From contig JAQUQO010000001.1 in NCBI GenBank assembly GCA_028716045.1, positions 942-64,941 of the forward strand: 64,000 bases of DNA. The letters run 5' to 3'. The stretch comes from Patescibacteria group bacterium. GTDB taxonomy: Bacteria > Patescibacteriota > Patescibacteriia > JAQUQO01. Under the pieces are notes generated by a model that saw only the letters and a program-made list of their open reading frames with translations, made no database searches and was not told the DNA's origin. This document shows positions 1 to 9,002 of this stretch, in pieces (positions within the stretch are counted from its first letter, which is position 1; every line of letters begins with the position of its first letter). Position numbers and translations under genes: made by a program.

Positions 1-3000
1 GATTATTCCAAGCTTTACGGGGAAGAATTCGCGAATGAACTCTCGGCCGCTTATGATGGGCTGGGCGTGCCGATTTACGATTTGTATTTTGACGAAAATA
101 AATTTTATTCCGGGGATATTAAAAGTGACAAGATAGCCGCCACTCTTGTTTATAACGGAAATTCCTATAAAACTAAAATGAGGGTGAGGGGCGATTACGG
201 AGTTCATTCCGTGGCACCCGTCAAGTCGTTGCGAATTGATTTTTCGGGGTCGGAATCTTTTTATGGCAAAAGCTCCATAAATTTAATCAGGCCGTTGGTT
301 CGAGGGTTTATCAATGAGGAATACAGTTATTATGTAGCCGCAAAATTGGGTTTAATTAACCTGGATAATCAATTTGTGTTTCTTAGAGTCAATGGTCGAC
401 CCTATGGCTTAATGCATGAAATGGAACAATGGTCGGAGGAATTGCTTGAAAAAAACCAAAAACCGCTAGGTGATCTGTATAGCGGCGAGGGAGATGACAT
501 GGGGACTGAAGCGCATATTAATGCTTATAAAAAAGTTACGCCAGTTTTTTGGGATAAGTATACCAAAGACCCTTTTCAGAATAAAAATGATAATACCAAC
601 ATTCTTTTGCTGATTAATTTTTTGGATTGGGGGATGCTGGACAAATTCGAAGCAATGATTAATATGGAAAAATTTTTAATATGGAATGCCCACGCTATTT
701 TAGTGGGTAGCACCCATCAAGACCAAGTCCATAACAACAGATTTTATTTTGACAATACTTATGGCGGGTTTGAGCCGATACCTTGGGATATGAGGGCTTA
801 TTACGGTCCGGAGCAGATAGGCAATATCATATATAATACTTTTGCCGACTTTCTTTTAAAAGATATTAATGTTTTTGACAAAAGGAACAAAATATTATGG
901 GATTATGTTACTGACAAGGATAATGTGAAAGACGACAGGGATTATTATAAACAAGTGTTAGATCAAATTAAAAAGCCGCTTGAAGCTTCAGAAATATACA
1001 GTTGGGGTGCGGAAGAAATAGACAACTATAAAAGTATTGAAAAATCTTTGGAGGATACACTTACTTTGATTGCGGAGCACGATAAGCAAATTGCCGATCT
1101 TTTATCAAAAAACAATGTATTATCTGTAAATTTTTTAGACATGGGGAAGGGAGACGATGGCGAGCTCTTGGTAAAAATGGCAATCGAGCCGGAATTGGAA
1201 GATGATTTTAGTTCTTCACTGCTCCGGGGTATCTCATTGGGCAAGAAATTCGCCGGGAAGAGTTTATCTATTTATGAAGACAGCAACAAAGATGGAATTT
1301 TTGATTTGGAGAGCGATGCCCTGATTTCCAGTTTATCAATTGAAGACAGATCGGCTTACTTAGGGCTGGGCGGGATTTTGCCTTCTAAATTTTATTATAA
1401 TACTTATATTAATATCGCCCCTTACGTTTTAAGCGTTGCTGATTTTAAACAAATGTCTGATTCCGGCTTTTTAAATGATGAGGAAAAATCGCTCCTGTCT
1501 TCTGCCTATGAATTTGATGAAAAGACCGGAGCGTATTATTTATATGTAGATTCTAAAAATAGCCAATTAATAAAATTATTTAAAAAAGTTGATTATATTC
1601 CCGGCTACACTAAATCCGTTTATTTTTTGAAAGTTGGAGGTGTTGGTAGTATTTTTAATGTTTTAAGTGATGTAAAAATAGATGCCGTGAATGCTACCAC
1701 GGGCAGTAGCTTAGAGATTAATAGCGAGGCCAGAAAAATGGAAGGATCCATAAAATTGAGCGGAGTGGAAAATTTTTCCGATTCCCTAAGCCTTTCCTAC
1801 CTAACCGAACCCATCCGGGTAAGGTATTATCCCGAGAAATTTGAAGGTCCGGAAGCCAAAAGCACGGTTATTTTCAAATTTTACGACCCGGATGGTAACT
1901 TTGTTTCCAACCTAACCTATGTTCTAAATGGCGCTACTGACCATTGGGCCAATATTAATACGATCGCCGGCGGTATTAGTTTTATAACTAATATCAGGAA
2001 TAACCATAAAGTGGGGGAAATTTCCGAAGTCAGTTTTGACAATATCTTGAAAGATCAAAACAACGGCGCTAAAAGAATCGGCGCTCCTGCCCTCAAGAAA
2101 GAAAATATCAGCAAAGTGGAGCTGGAGCTGTGGAGCTGGTACAGCCCCGCCGGAGGAGACGTTAAAGTTTCTTACGAGGGATGGGAAAGGTACTTAGTTG
2201 CTTCGGTTGAGAATGATGTTTTTTTCTCCGGCGCCACTTTAGATGACATTTTCGATAAGGTAGAAAAAGTCCAGGAGCCAAATGTCAGTGACATGGAAAC
2301 ATATAAATATTTGGATAAATCTTTATATACAACAGATCAATTTGCCGCCGAATTCGGTTTCCTAAAAAGGAGCGCCGATTCCCCGAACGAGTTTACTTGG
2401 CCGCAAGGGGGATACAAAGTTGAAGAAGATATGATTATACCAAAAGGAATAATATTGATTTTTGAGCCAGGAACAAAAATCAAAATCGCTCCGGACGTTT
2501 CCGTGGTGTCTTATGGCGAAGTACGGGCTATTGGTACTGAAGATGAACCTATTGTTTTTACTTCCATGCCTTGGAAAAAGGGGTGGGGAACTTTTGCTCT
2601 TTTACGAGAAGGAGCGCGCGGAATATTTGAACACTGCACTTTTGAAAATGGCAACGACGCTTATATCAACGGTATTTATTTTTCCGGCATGTTATCCGTC
2701 TATCATGCGGATGCCAGCGTTAAAAAATGTAAATTTCAATACGCTAGCGAGAAAACCGGTGATGATGCCTTGAATTTTAAAAACGGACTTTTTACGGTAG
2801 AAGACAGTTATTTTTATAAAAATAAATCTGACGCCATTGATTTTGATTTTTCCAAAGAGGGCTCTAAAATAATAAATAATTATTTTTTAAAAAATGGCGG
2901 TGACAGTATAGATGTTTCGGGATCTAATTTTGTCATTGAAAATAATAGGATAGTAAAATCCGGAGATAAATGTATTAGTATTGGTGAAAAATCGGATGCG

Positions 3001-3480
3001 GTGATAAAAAACAATATCTTAGAAAAATGTAATTACGGAGTAGCGGTCAAAGATTCTTCATCTGCCAGAATTATTAATAATAGTTTTATTAAAAACAAAG
3101 TGGGCGTGGCAAGTTATAATAAAAAGGAGATTTTTGGTGGGGGAAAAGCTTTTGTTTATAACGCTATCTTCAATGAAAATAGACAAGATTTTGGAGTGGA
3201 GGAAATAGAGAAAAGTGATAATCGTTCATTTAATGATTTTTATAAATCAACTTGCATAGTTTATAATTCTAAATATAAATTGTCAGGCGCTAAAACCAGA
3301 GAAGTGATAAAAGAACCCAAAAAAAAGCTCCCCTCAAAAAAACAATTATTGATAGCTTATTTAACTGATACTCTGGAGGATGTTGGCTATAAATTTGCGA
3401 CATTGGTTAATAAGGCGGAAGAAGGTTTGCCGGAAGATAACCCTTTTGGCGGCCTTCCTGCGGGGGTTATAAAAAATTAA
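1..3480 (+). CDS. CotH kinase-family protein (N-terminal CotH domain) with a C-terminal right-handed parallel beta-helix (PbH1) repeat region. 5'-partial: the frame is open back to the window edge, and the GTG at 67 is only the first in-window start.
   Basis: CotH-family signature blocks are present: VRGDYGVHS, KSLRIDF, FLRVNGRPYGLMHEMEQWSEELLEKN, GDLYS and NNRFYFDNTYGGFEPIPWDMR. The C-terminus carries repeated ...NNxI.KSGD..ISIG... pectate-lyase-like beta-helix rungs. There is no stop in frame 1 upstream of nt 67. Confidence 0.75.
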   Translation, partial: DYSKLYGEEFANELSAAYDGLGVPIYDLYFDENKFYSGDIKSDKIAATLVYNGNSYKTKMRVRGDYGVHSVAPVKSLRIDFSGSESFYGKSSINLIRPLVRGFINEEYSYYVAAKLGLINLDNQFVFLRVNGRPYGLMHEMEQWSEELLEKNQKPLGDLYSGEGDDMGTEAHINAYKKVTPVFWDKYTKDPFQNKNDNTNILLLINFLDWGMLDKFEAMINMEKFLIWNAHAILVGSTHQDQVHNNRFYFDNTYGGFEPIPWDMRAYYGPEQIGNIIYNTFADFLLKDINVFDKRNKILWDYVTDKDNVKDDRDYYKQVLDQIKKPLEASEIYSWGAEEIDNYKSIEKSLEDTLTLIAEHDKQIADLLSKNNVLSVNFLDMGKGDDGELLVKMAIEPELEDDFSSSLLRGISLGKKFAGKSLSIYEDSNKDGIFDLESDALISSLSIEDRSAYLGLGGILPSKFYYNTYINIAPYVLSVADFKQMSDSGFLNDEEKSLLSSAYEFDEKTGAYYLYVDSKNSQLIKLFKKVDYIPGYTKSVYFLKVGGVGSIFNVLSDVKIDAVNATTGSSLEINSEARKMEGSIKLSGVENFSDSLSLSYLTEPIRVRYYPEKFEGPEAKSTVIFKFYDPDGNFVSNLTYVLNGATDHWANINTIAGGISFITNIRNNHKVGEISEVSFDNILKDQNNGAKRIGAPALKKENISKVELELWSWYSPAGGDVKVSYEGWERYLVASVENDVFFSGATLDDIFDKVEKVQEPNVSDMETYKYLDKSLYTTDQFAAEFGFLKRSADSPNEFTWPQGGYKVEEDMIIPKGIILIFEPGTKIKIAPDVSVVSYGEVRAIGTEDEPIVFTSMPWKKGWGTFALLREGARGIFEHCTFENGNDAYINGIYFSGMLSVYHADASVKKCKFQYASEKTGDDALNFKNGLFTVEDSYFYKNKSDAIDFDFSKEGSKIINNYFLKNGGDSIDVSGSNFVIENNRIVKSGDKCISIGEKSDAVIKNNILEKCNYGVAVKDSSSARIINNSFIKNKVGVASYNKKEIFGGGKAFVYNAIFNENRQDFGVEEIEKSDNRSFNDFYKSTCIVYNSKYKLSGAKTREVIKEPKKKLPSKKQLLIAYLTDTLEDVGYKFATLVNKAEEGLPEDNPFGGLPAGVIKN

Positions 3481-3489
3481 TTTTAGATT

Positions 3490-4215
3490 ATGCCAGAGAA
3501 AAAAAATTTCCTGCCCAGGGAAGAGTACAAATATTATGTTCCACTGTCGGCCTATCCTTTTTTATTGCAGGATTTAAAGAAGTTTGTTCTACGGGATAAA
3601 AATGCTCCGAAGAGCGGTGTTTATCAGGTGGCTTCCATTTATTTTGAGAACATGGCATTGAGGTCGTATTTTGATAAAATAGAAGGGCAGGCAAGAAAGA
3701 TAAAATTAAGATTAAGATTTTATCCCCTAGACGCAGAAAGCCAATTAAATATTGAGTTTAAATATAAAATTTTAGATCAATGTCTTAAGGTGAAAACAAG
3801 GGTTGACCCCGCTCTCTTGCCTAAAATTTTAGCCGACAAACCCCTGCCTCCGGCACAGATAAAAAACGATCCGGTTTTATGGAAATTTCTGGAGTTTAAG
3901 AAAATAAATAATTTCTGGCCATTTATCCGCATTGATTATAAGAGAGAGGCATTTTTTGCTCAGAATGACCGAGATATTAGAATTACTTTTGATTATGATG
4001 TAAGATGTTGTCGTTCTGGTAGTCAGGAGCTGTGCAAACCTTTTATCCCCGCCCTTCCGCCCGGGACAAAAATTTTAGAAATAAAAACCCCGGGTCGTTT
4101 CCCTTTTTGGCTTGCGTATCTTATAAAGAAGTATTCCTTAAGAAAAACCAGTATTAGTAAATATTCTTTAGCTGTTCAGAACATGGCTCTCAATAGCTCC
4201 TTAAGCGTTAAATAA
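3490..4215 (+). CDS. VTC / CYTH-like (triphosphate-tunnel, polyphosphate-polymerase-type) domain protein
   Basis: About 240 aa with an N-terminal E-x-K motif (REEYKYY), SIYFEN..LRSY, and basic KIKLRLRFY / DIRITFDYDVR strands typical of the VTC/CYTH fold. It sits 10 nt after the CotH gene. Confidence 0.55.
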   Translation: MPEKKNFLPREEYKYYVPLSAYPFLLQDLKKFVLRDKNAPKSGVYQVASIYFENMALRSYFDKIEGQARKIKLRLRFYPLDAESQLNIEFKYKILDQCLKVKTRVDPALLPKILADKPLPPAQIKNDPVLWKFLEFKKINNFWPFIRIDYKREAFFAQNDRDIRITFDYDVRCCRSGSQELCKPFIPALPPGTKILEIKTPGRFPFWLAYLIKKYSLRKTSISKYSLAVQNMALNSSLSVK

Positions 4216-4244
4216 TTTTTAAAATAATTTAACTTAACAAATTT

Positions 4245-4922
4245 ATGTCAATTTCTTCTTTCCTGGACCCGATCGTGAATCCGGTCATCAGTATTGGAAC
4301 TGTTATTTTTTCTTTTCTCCTCGCCTTTCTTTTTGGGGTGATTATTTCTTTGGTTTATAAAAAAATTCAGCGGGGGTTTTCTTATGACAGTTATTTTTGT
4401 TTTACTTTAGTGATGATTGTCGTCATTGTCACCGCTATTATGATCACTATTGGGTCTAACCTGGCGTTATCTTTGGGGTTGATTGGTTCCTTGTCTATTA
4501 TCAGGTTTAGAACGGCGATAAAAAATACTATGGACATGGCTTTCTTGTTTTGGAGTATCGCTATGGGCTTAGCCGTGGGCGCGCAGAATTACGCGGTGGC
4601 CATAGTTGGTATTATTATCATTGGTTTTATCGTTTTCTTTTTAAGTCGGTCAAAACTCTTCTTTAAGAGTAATACTGATTATGTAATGGTAGTGAAAACA
4701 AAATCCCAGGAGATGCAGGCAAAAATTTCAGAGATACTGGATAAATACGGTTTGTCGTGGAAAATAAAATCGGCCTTTACGGAGGCGCCGGGTAGTGAAA
4801 TCACCTATTCAATTTATTCCAAAAAGGATTTAAATGTCAGCGGCGTGGTGGCGGCGGTCCAAGAACTCTCGGCGGTTGAGAGTGTTTCTCTTTTAAGCCC
4901 CGATACCAATTTATTCATATAA
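4245..4922 (+). CDS. DUF4956-like small membrane protein (four predicted TM segments plus a C-terminal soluble domain)
   Basis: Hydrophobic N-terminal half with an IIRFRTAIKNTMDMAFLFWSIAMGLAVGAQ core resembling the DUF4956 signature. It directly follows the VTC gene. Confidence 0.5.
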   Translation: MSISSFLDPIVNPVISIGTVIFSFLLAFLFGVIISLVYKKIQRGFSYDSYFCFTLVMIVVIVTAIMITIGSNLALSLGLIGSLSIIRFRTAIKNTMDMAFLFWSIAMGLAVGAQNYAVAIVGIIIIGFIVFFLSRSKLFFKSNTDYVMVVKTKSQEMQAKISEILDKYGLSWKIKSAFTEAPGSEITYSIYSKKDLNVSGVVAAVQELSAVESVSLLSPDTNLFI

Positions 4923-4935
4923 ATTTAAAGGGAAA

Positions 4936-6561
4936 ATGGCCAGAATTAAATTAAGGAATTACCTTCCTTATTTATTGACGCTATTTTTTATTACCGGCCC
5001 CTGGTTTTTTAAATCAGGTTATCTTTTTTTTACTGATATGTCTTGGGGGCCGAATTGGGCACCCGATCCCCAAAGCGGCCTTTTTCTTTTATATTCTTTG
5101 ATTAAACTTTTATCTTTTATCTTGCCCTTAGATTTGGTGCAGAAGATTTTTATCAGTTTTGTTTTACTTGTGGTGATGCTCGGCGGGAAAAAGATAGCGG
5201 AAATTTTTCTTAACGATAAAGTGGCGGTATTTTTAGTCAGCTTATTCGCTCTTTTTAATCCTTTTGTCTACGACCGTTTTGGATACGGACAATTTGGAGC
5301 TCTTTTGGCCCTTGGCTTTTTAGGTTTAGCGATTGGTTATCTTTTGGAGTATTGGCGCGGCGGGAATAGCCGCCAAATTTTGTGGTCAGGTTTATTCGCC
5401 GGCCTGGCTTTTCAATTGTCGCCTCACTTTTTATTTTTCTTTGTTATTTTTTATTCCATATTTTTTTTATGGGGTATTTTGAAAAACGACAGAACGGGAA
5501 AGAAAAGGTTGGTTTTTAATACGGTCCTAGCAATTTTTATAGGTATTTGTTTAAATTTTAACTGGTTAGCCGGTTTGTTTTATGGCGATTCCGATTTAAA
5601 TAAATTCCTTAATTATAATATCTCCGAACAAGATTTGGCGGCGTTTCAAACCTCCGGGTCCACGACCGGCGAGGTGGCGGCCAATGTGGTCATGATGTCT
5701 GGTTTTTGGGGCAAAGACCAATTTAGATATTTGGATTTAAAGGGTATTAAGGAAAACTGGGGGAGAAGTTTTTTCCTCCTTTTGCCTCTTATAATTTGGG
5801 GAGTGATTGAAGGTATAAGAAATAAAAGGAGCCGTCTCATATCCGTCGGCTTACTGGTATTGTTTCTAGCGGCGGTCATTTTGGCGGTAGGGATCAGAAT
5901 GCCCGTAGCCAAAGAGATTACGTTTTATTTGTTTGATAATTTCCCCCCCTACCGCGGCTTAAGGGAAACGCACAAATGGGTGGCGGTTATTGTGATTATT
6001 TATACGATATTTTTATCACTGGGATTAAGCAGATTTTATCAGAAAAAAATAGTGGTTGATAATAAATTTATTACCTCCTTTTTTTTGGGGGGGCTTATTG
6101 TTATGCAGGCCTCTTTCCTTCTATTCGGTTTTAGCAGACAAGTAAATCCCGTTAATTACCCCGAAGATTGGCAGGAAATTAATGAAGATATTGTTAAGGA
6201 AAACAATTGTAAAAATAATCTTTTATTTCTGCCTTGGCATATGTATATGAGTTTTTCTTGGGTGGGGAACATAGTTACTAACCCGGCGCCGGTATTTTTC
6301 AGTTGCCCGGTTTTAAGCGGGACTAATATGGAATGGGGGGGGATTTATGACAGCGGGTGGAGCAGAGAGGATAAATTAATCAATAACTGGATAGCAACAA
6401 AGGGGCGCAATTCGCTTGCTATTAATGAATTAAATATTGGTTATATTATTCTAGCCAAAGAAGTGGATTGGGGCAATTATTTGTGGTTGGAGAATAACAA
6501 AGATACGGAACTCTTAAAAGAAACCAAAACTCTTAAACTTTACGTGGTCACTTCTCAATAA
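4936..6561 (+). CDS. polytopic integral membrane protein (at least 12 TM, GT-C/ArnT-like topology). Function unknown.
   Basis: Long hydrophobic segments throughout, with a C-terminal soluble domain of roughly 120 aa. Confidence 0.5.
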   Translation: MARIKLRNYLPYLLTLFFITGPWFFKSGYLFFTDMSWGPNWAPDPQSGLFLLYSLIKLLSFILPLDLVQKIFISFVLLVVMLGGKKIAEIFLNDKVAVFLVSLFALFNPFVYDRFGYGQFGALLALGFLGLAIGYLLEYWRGGNSRQILWSGLFAGLAFQLSPHFLFFFVIFYSIFFLWGILKNDRTGKKRLVFNTVLAIFIGICLNFNWLAGLFYGDSDLNKFLNYNISEQDLAAFQTSGSTTGEVAANVVMMSGFWGKDQFRYLDLKGIKENWGRSFFLLLPLIIWGVIEGIRNKRSRLISVGLLVLFLAAVILAVGIRMPVAKEITFYLFDNFPPYRGLRETHKWVAVIVIIYTIFLSLGLSRFYQKKIVVDNKFITSFFLGGLIVMQASFLLFGFSRQVNPVNYPEDWQEINEDIVKENNCKNNLLFLPWHMYMSFSWVGNIVTNPAPVFFSCPVLSGTNMEWGGIYDSGWSREDKLINNWIATKGRNSLAINELNIGYIILAKEVDWGNYLWLENNKDTELLKETKTLKLYVVTSQ

Positions 6562-6562
6562 T

Positions 6563-7408
6563 ATGAATATAAGAAAAGTGTTTCAATTAGTTGTAGATGA
6601 CATTGCCAAATTTTATGCCTATTTTTTTAGTTTTTATTTTATTTGTGTTATCTTGGCGTTTTTTATTGAAAGTTGGGCGCTATTTTTTAATTGGGGGTAT
6701 TTTCATTTTTTCATAATACTTCTCGGTATTTTTAGTTTATTTAGTAGCCAAGTAAAGAGCGCTATTTTTTCGTTTAAGGATGCCATCGATCGGGCCAGAT
6801 TTAAGGACGCGCTAACCCGTTGGCGGGTCATTGTTGGTCGATTTAGAGTTAAAGAGTCAGCTCCCAAAAAAATCCGGACAGTTATAAAAAGTTTATTTGA
6901 CCTAGGCCGAAGCGCTTTGTTGTTCTTAATTTTGGGGTTTTCATTAAGTCGGGATATCGCCAAGGTGTTGTTTAGGGAATTGGCTAATTTTATCAGGAGA
7001 CAAATGGCGAGGCTAAAGAAAGGAGATTATATAAAAATAGTTTTAATTATTGTAGTTATCGCTTTTTCTTTATATAAAAAAATTGAAATTTTTGATTTTT
7101 TAGTATTAAGTTACGCCCTCTCATCTATTTTATTTGTGATAGATAGTAGGGTGGCGGCGGGAGTTGCTTTAATTTTAATTGCTATGTGTTCTATTTTTTT
7201 TATTTTGAATAAGCCGTCTTGGGCCGAATTATTTGCGGTGTATAGTTATTGTTTTATGGCGATAATGATTTTTACAGGAGTAAGCGAATATATCAGGGGG
7301 GATATTAAAAGTAATAAAATGACGCAAGCTCAGCCGGTATTTAAAAAAGGGGTAGTTTTAAAAGATTTTTTTAAAAAAGTTATCCACAGGCGGGGTTTAT
7401 CCACTTGA
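6563..7408 (+). CDS. hypothetical membrane protein
   Basis: ORF with several hydrophobic helices. The start overlaps the previous stop (ATAATATG). Confidence 0.45.
   Translation: MNIRKVFQLVVDDIAKFYAYFFSFYFICVILAFFIESWALFFNWGYFHFFIILLGIFSLFSSQVKSAIFSFKDAIDRARFKDALTRWRVIVGRFRVKESAPKKIRTVIKSLFDLGRSALLFLILGFSLSRDIAKVLFRELANFIRRQMARLKKGDYIKIVLIIVVIAFSLYKKIEIFDFLVLSYALSSILFVIDSRVAAGVALILIAMCSIFFILNKPSWAELFAVYSYCFMAIMIFTGVSEYIRGDIKSNKMTQAQPVFKKGVVLKDFFKKVIHRRGLST
7380..7405 (+). promoter_or_regulatory. pair of DnaA-box-like 9-mers in direct orientation (TTATCCACA at 7380-7388 and TTATCCACT at 7397-7405)
   Basis: One perfect and one 8/9 match to the DnaA box consensus TTATCCACA, 17 bp apart, at the 3' end of the preceding ORF. 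Confidence 0.35.
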
Positions 7409-7461
7409 AAAAAACGTTTTTTTGTGGTATCTTAAAAATATATAAATAAATAGCTATTTCT

Positions 7462-8901
7462 ATGGGGAATCTTTTATTGGAAAAGAAAATTTCCAAATTT
7501 ATCTTTTCAACTCTAATTATTTTAGTATTTACACTGGTTTTCGGGGGGCCATTATATGCCCAATTCATAAGAACGACCGGTACGGAGGGCTGGGGTTTTG
7601 GGTATGGTTATGGCTACGGTGTTGGCTATGGTAATGATGGTGGCACAAAGAGTTATAGAAGTGCCGGCGGATCTGATAATCAGTATCTTTATAATTATGG
7701 TTATGGTTATATGCTTGCCGCTCCCGAAGGTGGAGTATATACTGTTACGTCGAGTGATTTAGGGAATTTATTTGAGGCAGGATTAATTTTAGTTGATGGT
7801 TCCGACATAACTTCTACAACGGAGGCTACTTTTGTGGATGATGTGACGGTGGAAGTGACGGCTACTGCCGGCACTATCAGTATTGCCATTCCAGAGGGGG
7901 CTACGTTTACCAAGACAGCTGGTGGAGCTTTTAATTTTTCTGCTTTAACCTCTTCTGACCAAACCTCTTCAGCAACCATTACCGGGCAATCGATACAAGG
8001 TGCGGTGCAGTTTGGTATCCCAAGCGTTGGTTTAACTTCGGATACGGCCGTCACTATTTCTATCCCGGTAAGCACCAGCTTGAACGGCCAGGCCCTCAAT
8101 GTATTTAAAAGCGATACGAGTGCTACGAGTGGTTGGTCGGTTGCGGCAAGTTGTATTGTTTCCAGCGGAATTTGTAGCTTCTCTACGACCACTTTCTCTT
8201 ATTTCGCCGCTTCTTCCCCGACTTCCTCTAATGACGATGATGATAGTGGCAGCGGCGGTGGCGGTGGCGGAACGCCAGTGACTGAAGCGGAAAAAACCAC
8301 TACTCCTACTACAACTCCGACTATTCTTGAAGTTTCCGATATCTTTGTGTCCGATCCTTCCAATGTCACTACTATTTTGAGCACTTTGGGTGTCACTCGC
8401 GATACCACTTCTGAAACAAAATATTTAGCGCTCGTTGTCAAAGATATTAAAGAATTTAAACTTACTGCCACCGAAGCGCAGAAGACGGCAATGACTAACT
8501 TTGTGACCTATGGTGTTTCCACGGCCACTAAGAAATTCGGCGCTGGTGAGAGAAGGGCTATATTAAGAGATTATTTGGAAACCGTCGGCCGCGCTGATAT
8601 TATTTGGTCTGATATTGAAAAGATAGCGACTGGCCAAAAAGTAGTTAATCGCAATCTAGCCAAAGAAAGAGCACAGGTTGGTGTAGTATTGAAAGTGTTT
8701 GTGAAGATTTATGGACATCAGCCGAATTTCAAGGATGCCAACGAAGACCTCGCTTGGAATACCATGATGTATCGCATTCGTTTCACGAGAGATTTGGTTA
8801 AAGAAAAAGCTGGCATAGTGAAATTTAAAGCCAAGTTCTTTAAGAGTCCGGCTTCCCCGTTAGATTGGTCAACTGTCAGAGCGCTGGGCTACATTCAGTA
8901 A
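7462..8901 (+). CDS. secreted repetitive protein: signal peptide, GYGYGYGVGYG repeats, S/T-rich region, D4-SG-G7 and TTTPTTTPT linker, and a C-terminal globular domain
   Basis: N-terminal hydrophobic signal (FSTLIILVFTLVFGGPLYA), low-complexity repeats, and a terminator hairpin downstream. Confidence 0.6.
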   Translation: MGNLLLEKKISKFIFSTLIILVFTLVFGGPLYAQFIRTTGTEGWGFGYGYGYGVGYGNDGGTKSYRSAGGSDNQYLYNYGYGYMLAAPEGGVYTVTSSDLGNLFEAGLILVDGSDITSTTEATFVDDVTVEVTATAGTISIAIPEGATFTKTAGGAFNFSALTSSDQTSSATITGQSIQGAVQFGIPSVGLTSDTAVTISIPVSTSLNGQALNVFKSDTSATSGWSVAASCIVSSGICSFSTTTFSYFAASSPTSSNDDDDSGSGGGGGGTPVTEAEKTTTPTTTPTILEVSDIFVSDPSNVTTILSTLGVTRDTTSETKYLALVVKDIKEFKLTATEAQKTAMTNFVTYGVSTATKKFGAGERRAILRDYLETVGRADIIWSDIEKIATGQKVVNRNLAKERAQVGVVLKVFVKIYGHQPNFKDANEDLAWNTMMYRIRFTRDLVKEKAGIVKFKAKFFKSPASPLDWSTVRALGYIQ

Positions 8902-8915
8902 AAATAGATTAGATA

Positions 8916-8950
8916 AAAACGTCCCCGAGTATTCGGGGGCGTTTTGTTTT
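8916..8950 (+). terminator. stem-loop plus T-tract (member of the CCGAGTAyTCGG hairpin family)
   Basis: aaaaacgtccccgagtattcgggggcgttttgttttt lies immediately after the stop at 8901. Confidence 0.6.
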
Positions 8951-9002
8951 TACGAAATAGTGTATTATAATATAAAAACATAAATTAATTTTTTAGGAGG
9001 GG

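Noticed and set aside
1026-1244. Antisense or nested small ORFs from the six-frame track (for example 1026-1244 -, 7707-8192 -, 17965-18399 -, 22582-23121 -, 37233-37535 -, 40513-40989 -, 44825-45376 -, 46353-46803 -)
   Set aside because: Each lies entirely inside a well-supported gene on the other strand (ribosomal proteins, secY, the giant repeat gene). They have biased low-complexity composition and no RBS or promoter, so they are treated as spurious.
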